A DNA stretch of 53,324 nt from a virus. Taxonomy: Duplodnaviria > Caudoviricetes. The first letter of the stretch is position 1. Each line of letters begins with the position of its first letter. Positions 45,276 through 53,324 of this stretch are shown piece after piece. The DNA is taken from the IMG/VR virus record IMGVR_UViG_3300035670_000280, positions 1-53,324 of that record; one strand, given 5' to 3'. The notes below the pieces were generated by a model. That model did no database searches, was not told the DNA's origin, and saw only the letters and a list, made by a program, of their open reading frames with translations. The position numbers were made by a program, and so were the translations under genes.

Positions 45276-48200
45276 TCAGGTGCCGTAGCAGAAGGCGCCA
45301 GGCTGCTTGACGGCGAAATCAACGTCCTGGAGGGCGATGATGCGCACCGTGCCAGCGGTGGAGCCGGCGTAGGGATCTACGGTAAGATCGAGGCCGGACC
45401 ACATGCCCACGATGAACTGGCTGAAGTCTCCGAACAGGGCGTCGTTGCTCTGCAGCTGGTTGCTCACGATCACGGGGTAGCCGTTGATCTGGTCGTCGGC
45501 GTAGACGAACTGAGCAGTCGAGGTGGTGGATTTCTCAGTGCTCTTCAGAGCGCCACGGGCGGCGGCGTTGATGATGTAGCGCAGGGCGCCTGCATCAGCG
45601 TTAGCGCTCGCCACATCGGTCTCCATGCCGATGTACTCGGCAAAAGTACCGTAGGTGGTGATGGTCTGGCTGCCGATGCCGGTGGTGTTCACCAGGCCCA
45701 GGGGCTGATTGGTGCTGCCGGTGCCGTAGATGGCTGCGCGGTCCAGTTCCAGGGCGATGACCTTGGCGAGGTCAGAGCGGATCATCGACTCCACGTCAAT
45801 GCTGGACTGGAGCAGCAGACGGCGGCTGTAGTCCACGAAGGCGCCCACGGTCTTAGGCGTCATGTTCACCTGGTCGATAGCCTGCTGGCTCTCGGTGGGC
45901 GAACCGGACTCACCGACCCAATAGGCGGTGGCGGCAGAGGTTTGGCGGGGGATGCTGACGTTGCCCTGGAGGCCACTCAGCATGGTCACGCCGGCCTGCA
46001 TCATCGCCATGCGATTGCGCAGCAGGTCGATGAAGCTGCCGCTCAGCAGATCGGTGGAGACGAGGTTGCCACCGGCGGTGGAGGTGCCCACCACGAGGTC
46101 GCGGCGCAGCACTTCGTTCGGGATGACGATACCGTTGGAGGAGCGCTCGTACTTGGCAGCGGCGGCCTTACCAACTTCGATCTCGAAAGCAGCGGCTTCG
46201 CGGGCAGCGCGGTCGCCAGGGTTGACGAGGTAGTTAAGGGCGCGGACGAAGGAGAAGCTACGGGTCTCCTTGTCGGTCAGACCGAGGGAGGTGGAGTTGT
46301 CGTCGTGGATGCGGCCTTGGATTTCCACGCGGGTACGTCCCAGTTGAGTCAGCACGGCTTCACGAGCTTGGTCGATGGTGGCGTCGTCGTTGATCAGGCG
46401 CTCAGCCAGATCAGCACCGACTTGGTGTTGGTCGCACATGGCGCGGATGGTCGCAACCCGCTCACGCTCGGACTGCCGAGCGGCGGCTTCGACCTCCTGA
46501 ACATTGATGGTTTGTTCCATGGATGGAGGAGTTTGGGTGGAGTCAGGTCCGCGCTCGGCGGTCTGCTTAGTTCCAAGTGTAGGGGTCGATGCTTGGATTG
46601 TCTTTTCTGTTGTAAGTGGTTGGGGATCTGGATTGGTTTCTTGATGTGAACGTCCTAGGCCCACGGTTTGGTCGGCAGGGACGCTCACGGAGGAGACCTC
46701 CAGAACGTTCCATTTGACGACTTGCATATCGCCATTTTGTGCTTCACGCACGTCGTTAATTTCGTAAGCAAAGGATACGTTGCGGACGATACCGGCTTCG
46801 ATGTCTTGACGGCGCTTGTATTCTTCGGTCCCTTTTTCGGTGGTATTTGGGCTCCATTTTGTTTTGACGTAGAGGCGGCGGTCGCTGCCGAGCCAAGCTT
46901 TCTCTGCTACACCGAGTACGACATCACGGTTGTGGTTCCAGAGCCAGGGGCCGCCATCGTTCATGCGGGCTAGATCCATTGCGCCGTCGTCGTGCATCAG
47001 CACTTCACGGCCCCACCAGCGTTCGACCGGAGCCTCAGAGCTGAAGCTGAAGGTGAGGCCGGCGTCGGTGGACTCTTCTACGCGGAGGCCCTGCGGTGCT
47101 TCGCGCCTAAGCACCTCTTTATTGATGGCTTTGATGTCGAGGCGGTCCTGCATGGCTTTGCCGGTGGCGGGCTCGAAGGAGACGGGCGTGAAGTCGTGAT
47201 CGCTTAGCCACTTCTTGGCTTCGGCGGGAGTGAAGCGGGCGGCGTCGAAGCGGAGAGCCTGGAGTTTGAGGGGGTTGTCGCCTTTGATGCCGTAGATGGA
47301 GTCGATGCCTTGGGCGAAGTCGTTGTTTTTGCGGCGGAAACGGTCGAACTGCGCGGGATCGAGGAGGCGAGCGGCGTGTTCGTTGGGGTAAGGGCGCTGC
47401 TCGGCGGTGCGGTCGTCCTCACTATCGCTGGATGGTGCCTTGAGGGCGTCGATTTTGCGCAGCGTTGAAAACTTATGGCCTACGAGAGTTTCGGTTTCGG
47501 CCCAACCGTCCTGCTTAGGGCGGTAGATGCGGATGAGGGCGGCGGGGTCATCAGAAGAGGCGTCGATGCTGAAATCGCTGCCCGGAACGCCGAGTGTGCC
47601 AGTGCGCATGATGTGTTCAATGCGGCCCCGGGCGGTTCCGCCGCTGGACTGCCATGCAACAAAATCACCTTCACTAAGTTCGCCGGCGGCGGCACGCACG
47701 GAACCAGCAGCGGCACGAACGGCGTCGGGATCAGCCAGGGCACGTCCGTCGGAGGAGGCGGAGGCTTCGGTGCTGAGCAGTTGCTCGGGAATGATCCAGA
47801 ATTTGCAGGCGCCTTCTGGGGCGATGTCACCAGAGACGACTTCACAAGCGCGGGGACCGGCGTAGAAGATGCAGTTGGAGCACTGCATTCCTTCGTTGGC
47901 GAAGGGGCTAGCAGGCATGTAGTGAGCGCCGTGAGCACCGATACCTTGATCAAACTGGCCAAGTTCATCGACGATTTCCTCTAGGGCTTCGTATAGGGCG
48001 ACCTGAGAAGCCGTGAGGTCCGGGGTCAGTTCGCGTGCTTCAGTGGGCCGGGCGCTCATATCTGTAGTGCCTGCTGTGTTGTGGAGTCTATCGGAAGCGT
48101 TTTTAATCGTTTTAGCCTTAGCGGTGGCCCAGGTCTGCCCGGGATCGCCGCCCCAAGCGGCCCAAGCGACGCGACCGGGGGATGGGTAGGCGGGGCTGTC

Positions 48201-48434
48201 GGGTGAGTAGCCTTCGCCTTGCTTGTCTACCTCGTGGCGGGCGAACCAAGCGGACATCGTGATGACGGTCGAGGGGCTCAGCTCGTTACCGCTGAGGATT
48301 TGGGTGGCGCGGCGGGCAGCCACGCTGGTTCCGCCTGCACGGCCCTCGCGCTTCCAAGCACGGTAGCGCTCGGCCTCTTCCCGCATACCTTCGGTAGGCA
48401 TCAGGTCGATTTCGGTGCCGTTGATGTTGGCCAT
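45276..48434 (-). CDS. Multi-domain prohead protease / HK97-fold major capsid fusion
   Basis: Protease FSSEAPV, LWNHN, VSFAY, EVSSVSVPAD; capsid AGGNLV, IPRQT, WVGE, SRRLLLQS, FGDFS; four extra N-terminal domains. Confidence 0.92.
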   Translation of the reverse strand: MANINGTEIDLMPTEGMREEAERYRAWKREGRAGGTSVAARRATQILSGNELSPSTVITMSAWFARHEVDKQGEGYSPDSPAYPSPGRVAWAAWGGDPGQTWATAKAKTIKNASDRLHNTAGTTDMSARPTEARELTPDLTASQVALYEALEEIVDELGQFDQGIGAHGAHYMPASPFANEGMQCSNCIFYAGPRACEVVSGDIAPEGACKFWIIPEQLLSTEASASSDGRALADPDAVRAAAGSVRAAAGELSEGDFVAWQSSGGTARGRIEHIMRTGTLGVPGSDFSIDASSDDPAALIRIYRPKQDGWAETETLVGHKFSTLRKIDALKAPSSDSEDDRTAEQRPYPNEHAARLLDPAQFDRFRRKNNDFAQGIDSIYGIKGDNPLKLQALRFDAARFTPAEAKKWLSDHDFTPVSFEPATGKAMQDRLDIKAINKEVLRREAPQGLRVEESTDAGLTFSFSSEAPVERWWGREVLMHDDGAMDLARMNDGGPWLWNHNRDVVLGVAEKAWLGSDRRLYVKTKWSPNTTEKGTEEYKRRQDIEAGIVRNVSFAYEINDVREAQNGDMQVVKWNVLEVSSVSVPADQTVGLGRSHQETNPDPQPLTTEKTIQASTPTLGTKQTAERGPDSTQTPPSMEQTINVQEVEAAARQSERERVATIRAMCDQHQVGADLAERLINDDATIDQAREAVLTQLGRTRVEIQGRIHDDNSTSLGLTDKETRSFSFVRALNYLVNPGDRAAREAAAFEIEVGKAAAAKYERSSNGIVIPNEVLRRDLVVGTSTAGGNLVSTDLLSGSFIDLLRNRMAMMQAGVTMLSGLQGNVSIPRQTSAATAYWVGESGSPTESQQAIDQVNMTPKTVGAFVDYSRRLLLQSSIDVESMIRSDLAKVIALELDRAAIYGTGSTNQPLGLVNTTGIGSQTITTYGTFAEYIGMETDVASANADAGALRYIINAAARGALKSTEKSTTSTAQFVYADDQINGYPVIVSNQLQSNDALFGDFSQFIVGMWSGLDLTVDPYAGSTAGTVRIIALQDVDFAVKQPGAFCYGT

Positions 48435-48465
48435 AGGAGGGAGGGGGTAGTGGGGCGGAGGCGCG

Positions 48466-50052
48466 CTACTTAGGGCGCTTGGCGGCAGCGCTTAGGTCGG
48501 TACGGAGCTTGAGGGGCTCATCCTCGCCCTCTAGGTAGAGGGGTTCGATGTCGCGGCTGGGAGTGTTAGTGGAGGCCTCGGCGGACGCGAGGGCACCGCC
48601 GCTTAGGCCGAGCTGCTGTTTGATTTCGTTTTCCTTGCTGATGGTTGTCATGGTGTTCATGAAGTCGTTTCCGGTATACTCCATGATCTGCTCGGCGTGA
48701 GTTTGAAGCTGAAGGGCGCGGCTCATTTCCATGGCCTTCATCTCCTTGGCGGGGTCAACCCAGCTCCAAGCGCGGGCTTGCCAGTGCGGGGAGTTGTAGC
48801 GCTCCGGGCGAGTCCAGATGTCGGAGAACATTGGCATAGGCAGCTCGGTGAGTGCGGCGGCCATGAGCCACTCCTCGAATACACGCTGATGTACTTGTTG
48901 GATTAGTACTGATTGGATGACGCGCCAGTGATCACGATCCTCCAAAATGCTAAGCCTGGAGGAGCTGTAATTTGTGTCCGAAAAATCGCGGCTGAGTGTT
49001 TCGTAGGAGCATCCGTAGCCGGCGGCAAAGCGGCGGGCGAGGGTGCGAACAACGGCTTCGTACTGACCGTCGTCGGGTCCGAAGTCAGGGGGGATTGCAG
49101 TTTCGCCGGGGAGGAGGAAGTTGTAGCTGCCGGGTTCGGTGTTCCAGAGGCGCTTGCTATCTTCGAGGGCCGGGGTGCCGTCGGGATTTGTGCTGCCGAA
49201 CGTTTCGGGCTCGGGTGTTTGGATCCAGCCCAGGCTGTTGGCTTGGACGCGCTTACGGGTCCAATGAGCCTCTTCGTACTTGCCGAGGTTCCAGGAGGTC
49301 GTGATGACGGGGGCGAACCAAGGTACGCCTCGTGTCTGGCCTACCCGCTCGGGGAGGTAGACGTGGATGAAGTCGGCTGCGTCGATAAACAGGTGCTTAG
49401 CGCCGGCCTCTACAGGGTTGGCAAATTCAACGTCGCCGGGATGCTTACGCAAAATTGCGTAGCGGGTTGGCCTACCCCATTCATTTAGTTCAACGCCCAT
49501 ACGCCAATAATGCTTAGGGCGATCACTTACGCCGGTGTACTCGTCGTCGATCTGATCCGATTCAATTAGTTCGAGACTTAGGGGGACTTTGCTGCGGCCC
49601 ATGGCTTGGCGGACCAAGCGGATGCCGATCTCGCCGGACTCGGGGAGGGCTCCTGTGATGCTGAGTTCGATTCCGTGGAAGCTGAGGCGACCTGTTACGT
49701 CGCAGGAATCAGCACGGCACCAACGGTTCCAGTAGGCGAGGAGGGCAGCGTTGCGGCGCTCGTCCTTTTCGCTGCCGTCAGGGCGCAGCACTTGGGGCTG
49801 CATTTGGATGCCGCGTGCGCCGATGACGTTGATCTGGGTGGTGCGTTTGGCTTGGCGGGCGTAGGGGTTGTCACGGACCAGTGCGCGGCTGCGGTTGCGC
49901 AGCGTTTTGAGGCTGCCACGGATCTCGGCGTCGGCGCTATTACCGGAGGCCAGGAAGTCGGCAGTAAAGCGGTTCCAGCGGGCGGCGTCGTAGGCGCGGC
50001 GTCCGTGGCGGACGGCTTGAAATTGGTTGCGGATCCAGGTGCGGAGGCCCAT
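48466..50052 (-). CDS. Portal protein, lambda family
   Basis: LRNRSRALVRDNPYA, GVELNEWGRP..Y, QTRGVPW, DFSDTNYSSSR, WVDPAKE. Confidence 0.95.
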   Translation of the reverse strand: MGLRTWIRNQFQAVRHGRRAYDAARWNRFTADFLASGNSADAEIRGSLKTLRNRSRALVRDNPYARQAKRTTQINVIGARGIQMQPQVLRPDGSEKDERRNAALLAYWNRWCRADSCDVTGRLSFHGIELSITGALPESGEIGIRLVRQAMGRSKVPLSLELIESDQIDDEYTGVSDRPKHYWRMGVELNEWGRPTRYAILRKHPGDVEFANPVEAGAKHLFIDAADFIHVYLPERVGQTRGVPWFAPVITTSWNLGKYEEAHWTRKRVQANSLGWIQTPEPETFGSTNPDGTPALEDSKRLWNTEPGSYNFLLPGETAIPPDFGPDDGQYEAVVRTLARRFAAGYGCSYETLSRDFSDTNYSSSRLSILEDRDHWRVIQSVLIQQVHQRVFEEWLMAAALTELPMPMFSDIWTRPERYNSPHWQARAWSWVDPAKEMKAMEMSRALQLQTHAEQIMEYTGNDFMNTMTTISKENEIKQQLGLSGGALASAEASTNTPSRDIEPLYLEGEDEPLKLRTDLSAAAKRPK

Positions 50053-50058
50053 GGCGGC

Positions 50059-50607
50059 TTAGGTGAAGCGAACGTAGAGGGAGCGGCCGTCGCCTTTGCC
50101 ATTGACGACGTTCTCAGCGAGCTGTTCGCGGGCCACGTCGGCCTTGAGGCGATCACGCCAGGCGATCAGCTGAGCGAGGTCGGCCCTCTTCACCATCCGA
50201 CCACCGGTAGCAGTCCCGATCCTGTATTCCTGTGCCCCTCCGACGAGGGCCCGGATCGCCGCTTCAACTGCTTCTAAGTCCTTTTGGGCTTGGCTACGCA
50301 GATCGAGGGCAGTGGGGGAGCCGGCATAGGACAGCGAGGTGGAGACGGTGAATTCGCCGGTGCGCTCTGTCTTAGGGGCGCCTGCTGTGGTACTTACTGC
50401 TTGGTAGAACCACGCGCCTGTGCTAAATCCTGCTGTAGTTGCTGCAGGTAATGTAAAAGTCCAAATGCCGTTGCTTAGGGTGCCGGACACTGTGGCTCCG
50501 GATGCAGCGTTAGTGCGAAAATAATAGGTATAGGAAGCGGCTGTAGGGGCGAGCGTATCTGTCCAGGTTACAGCATCTCCTGTGTATATTTCTTGTGGAA
50601 ATGCCAT
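50059..50607 (-). CDS. Head-tail adaptor (gpW-like C-terminus, extra N-terminal domain)
   Basis: LEAVEAAI..AQEYRIG..RADL..L; between terL and portal. Confidence 0.7.
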   Translation of the reverse strand: MAFPQEIYTGDAVTWTDTLAPTAASYTYYFRTNAASGATVSGTLSNGIWTFTLPAATTAGFSTGAWFYQAVSTTAGAPKTERTGEFTVSTSLSYAGSPTALDLRSQAQKDLEAVEAAIRALVGGAQEYRIGTATGGRMVKRADLAQLIAWRDRLKADVAREQLAENVVNGKGDGRSLYVRFT

Positions 50608-50691
50608 TTCCGGCACGCATTTCGCCTAAGTCTAGATGGTTTGGGGTGCGTTGTTTTTGTAAGTCGCGGGGCGGCTAGGCGGCGCCGCAGC

Positions 50692-52560
50692 TTAGCGGCC
50701 TAGGACGTTGAAGGCGGCGGCGGTGCGTGGCGTGGGGGGTGGAGTGTCGTCGGAGCTGGGGCGGAGTTTGCGCTCTAGCTGGTCCCAGATGGTGCGGCGG
50801 TCGTAGAGCTGGTAGAGGCGGTGCAGGGAGGCGTAGGCGTACACGAGTTCGTCGAGGGCCTCGTTGGGCTGGCTGCTCTTTTTTACCCAGACACGTTGGG
50901 GGTAACCGTTTTTGTAGCGCATTACCTGCTTTTCGGCGGTGAGTTCCTCGAAGTAGTCGAGGGGGGTTTTGGCGTGGAAGTGGAGGTAGCCGGGACCGGG
51001 ATCGTTGTGCTTTAGACGGCCGAACAGCAGCGATTTGATGGCGTCGGAGCCTACGGGGAACACTTGGGCGCCTTTGCGTAAGGTTTGGCCTTTGTGGTTG
51101 AGGTCTACCTTGCTGGCCTTGCCGATCGGCGGCTTCCCCTTAGTGGACATGCCTTTGATGGCGATGACGCCCTGGGCGGCACGGTCGCGGGCGTAGGCGT
51201 AGACCGTGGCGGTGTGGTGGCCGCCAGAGTCGATTGCGCACACACTTACACGTAAGTCGATGCCGTCTTCACTCAAGAACGGTCGGCTTAGCACTTCGTC
51301 GAGTTGTTTCCATACGTCGGGGCGGGAGGGGTCGCCGTAGAGCTTGCTGCGGTCGATGAGCCACGCCTCCTCTTCGCGTCCCCATGCCCACACGCTGAGG
51401 CTTAGGCGGTCGTCCTGGCAGTCGCAGCCGATAGTGAGCGCCAGGGCGGACGAGGGGATGATGAGAGGTTCGTAGGTTTCCTTGGCGGCGCGTTCCAGCA
51501 AGGAGGTGGCGCCAACCTTGGAAGCGTATTCGTCTTCCCAAACCTCGCCTAGGACGGTATTTACGAAGGTTTTTAGTTGCTCGGCGTCGTTCTTGGATTC
51601 TAAGAATTCTTCAACTAAATTTGACCAGGTGGCATTTGGCGAGTAAGAATAGGCGGCCCATATATGGAAACTTACGTGCTTGCCGTTGCCGGGAACTGTG
51701 GGGCGCCATTCGCCGCGTTCTACCATCCAACGCTTCTTAGAGTGGGGGATGAGTTCGTTGCAGGATTCGCATTTGTAGGCGGCGGTGGAGGGGTCGTTGT
51801 CGCTCCAGGTCATCTGTGACCAGCGCAGGTACTGCATGTGATTGCAGTGGGGGCAGGGCACGAAGTAGCGGCGTTGATCTCCTTGAGCGAAGAGGCGCTC
51901 GATGCGGCTGAAGTCTTTGATTGTGGGGGTGGAGCCGGCGACGATTTTGCGGTTCCAGTAATACTCGGTTCGGCGGATGCCGAGTTTGATTTGGTCGCCT
52001 TCGGTACCGGCTGATGGGGGATAGCCGTCCGTTTCGTCGAAGAGGACGACGCGGCGGCTAACACGGCGGAAGCCTCGTGGGGAGTTGGCGCCGACAAGGC
52101 TTAGTGTTCCCCCAGGAAATTGCTTCTGAAGGATCGTGTTGGCGCCATCCTTGGCTTTGGCGTCACTGACGAGACCGGCTAGGCATGGGGTATCGCGCAG
52201 CATTGGCGCAATCTCTTCCTTGGAATAGCCCTGCGCATCTTCAATGGTGGGCTGTACAAGCATTAATGGGCAAGGATCCTGGTGTATGTGGTAAGCAATT
52301 ACGTGGTTTAGAATTTTGCTGTAGCCCACACGGGCTGACTTCATTAGCGATATTTGTTCAATTAGCGGATCACTGATGGCATCCATGATGCCTTTCTGGT
52401 AGGGGAGGGTATGCCAGCGCCCGCCCTCGGCACTACTTTCGGAGCTGAGGTAGGCGTAGGTATCTGCCCATTCGCTGAGTGTTAGGCGGCGTGGAGGTTT
52501 GAAGGCGCTGTAGGCAGCGCGCTCTAGGCGGGTGAGGGTGGGCAGAGGGGCAGACTGCAT
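50692..52560 (-). CDS. terL: Terminase large subunit, lambda GpA family
   Basis: KSARVGYS, LFDETD, STPT, YFVPCPHC, FVNTVLGE, IDSGG, NEALD. Confidence 0.96.
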   Translation of the reverse strand: MQSAPLPTLTRLERAAYSAFKPPRRLTLSEWADTYAYLSSESSAEGGRWHTLPYQKGIMDAISDPLIEQISLMKSARVGYSKILNHVIAYHIHQDPCPLMLVQPTIEDAQGYSKEEIAPMLRDTPCLAGLVSDAKAKDGANTILQKQFPGGTLSLVGANSPRGFRRVSRRVVLFDETDGYPPSAGTEGDQIKLGIRRTEYYWNRKIVAGSTPTIKDFSRIERLFAQGDQRRYFVPCPHCNHMQYLRWSQMTWSDNDPSTAAYKCESCNELIPHSKKRWMVERGEWRPTVPGNGKHVSFHIWAAYSYSPNATWSNLVEEFLESKNDAEQLKTFVNTVLGEVWEDEYASKVGATSLLERAAKETYEPLIIPSSALALTIGCDCQDDRLSLSVWAWGREEEAWLIDRSKLYGDPSRPDVWKQLDEVLSRPFLSEDGIDLRVSVCAIDSGGHHTATVYAYARDRAAQGVIAIKGMSTKGKPPIGKASKVDLNHKGQTLRKGAQVFPVGSDAIKSLLFGRLKHNDPGPGYLHFHAKTPLDYFEELTAEKQVMRYKNGYPQRVWVKKSSQPNEALDELVYAYASLHRLYQLYDRRTIWDQLERKLRPSSDDTPPPTPRTAAAFNVLGR

Positions 52561-52583
52561 TGTTTAGTGGCTTACGTGGTGGC

Positions 52584-53168
52584 TTAGTCGGTGGCAGTAG
52601 TGGATAAGTCTTCTAAGGTTTCTCTTACGATGTCGTCTAAGACTGTGATTGCGTCTGTGTCTAGGTCTGGGATGCGCTGCTTGGCTTTGGTTGGGATGCC
52701 CAAAATCTTAGTGCGAGCTAAAGTAATAATTTCTACCCATTTTGATTCAATATCCTCGGCTTTTACAAGAATTTGCTCTTTTTGTTTGCGATCTAGCTCT
52801 AATAGCTCTGCTTTTAGGTGTTCTGTACGGGCTCGGGATTCCTCGTAGTCGGGGATGTGTTCGGCGGTGCGGGCGAGGTCAGAGGAGGCAGAAGAGGGGG
52901 GCTGCGCCTCGGCGCGGCGTTGCGTGGGGGTTAGCTCGCCGGGGCGAAGGGGAGTGCGTTCCACAGTTCCTGCAGGGGGTTTGGGGCCTCGACCGATGCG
53001 TTTTTGGGTGTTGCGCTGCCACTCCTCGCGCATGGTGGAGGAGTTGATGAGTTCTCGGCCGTCTCCTGTGCGTACTACAGATAGACGGTTTGTACGAATT
53101 GCTGCGTAGACCGCTTCCTTAGTAACGCCTAGGGCTCGTGCAGCGTCTGCTTTTGAGATCAATGCCAT
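52584..53168 (-). CDS. terS: Terminase small subunit (Nu1-like, N-terminal HTH)
   Basis: AARALGVTKEAVYAAI HTH; YEESRAR.E..KAEL; position; TACACT 7 nt upstream. Confidence 0.8.
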   Translation of the reverse strand: MALISKADAARALGVTKEAVYAAIRTNRLSVVRTGDGRELINSSTMREEWQRNTQKRIGRGPKPPAGTVERTPLRPGELTPTQRRAEAQPPSSASSDLARTAEHIPDYEESRARTEHLKAELLELDRKQKEQILVKAEDIESKWVEIITLARTKILGIPTKAKQRIPDLDTDAITVLDDIVRETLEDLSTTATD

Positions 53169-53324
53169 GTTTCTAAGTGTAGCGTTACTTGTAGGGCGGT
53201 GTGTGTTTTTCGTGGTATGATGGCCGGTTTTTCGTTTTTACGGGTAAGGGTAGGTCTGTTTTTACAAATAGCAAAACAACTTTTTACAGCTGTGCCTAGG
53301 AATAATTTGCGCTCCGAAACCCCT

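Noticed and set aside
1-53324. tRNA genes, integrase, photosynthesis genes, Z-base (purZ) pathway
   Set aside because: None was recognised by eye; a tRNA scan and HMM search would be needed to exclude divergent copies.

Overview
This window looks like most or all of the genome of a lambda/HK97-like tailed phage (siphovirus). The host is probably a picocyanobacterium (inferred from the group-2-like sigma factor, ThyX and many small cyanophage-type ORFs). Layout: (1) 1-4.6 kb, minus strand: a repeat-rich terminal region with an Ocr-like DNA mimic and a stand-alone NAD+-ligase adenylation domain. (2) 4.6-12.6 kb: replication genes (exonuclease, SSB-like protein, an iteron-like origin, primase-helicase, and a divergent PolA). 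(3) 12.6-21.7 kb, plus strand: accessory and nucleotide-metabolism genes (a modular small-gene array, HNH, ThyX, sigma factor, dNMP kinase). (4) 21-53 kb, minus strand: the late region (terminases, portal, a multi-domain protease-capsid fusion, tail genes with a -1 frameshift, tape measure, M/L/K/I/J tail tip, tail fibre, lysis genes). I recognised no integrase, tRNA, CRISPR array or reverse transcriptase. The most unusual observations are: the truncated LigA domain beside the Ocr-like gene; two architecturally matched repeat loci flanking that early cassette; a BIL-type Hint domain at the N-terminus of tail-tip J; a HiPIP-like domain inside the capsid polyprotein; a gene array joined by repeated ATGACTGA junctions; and a strong TpA/CTAG enrichment. 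All homology calls come from reading motifs by eye; no searches were run.
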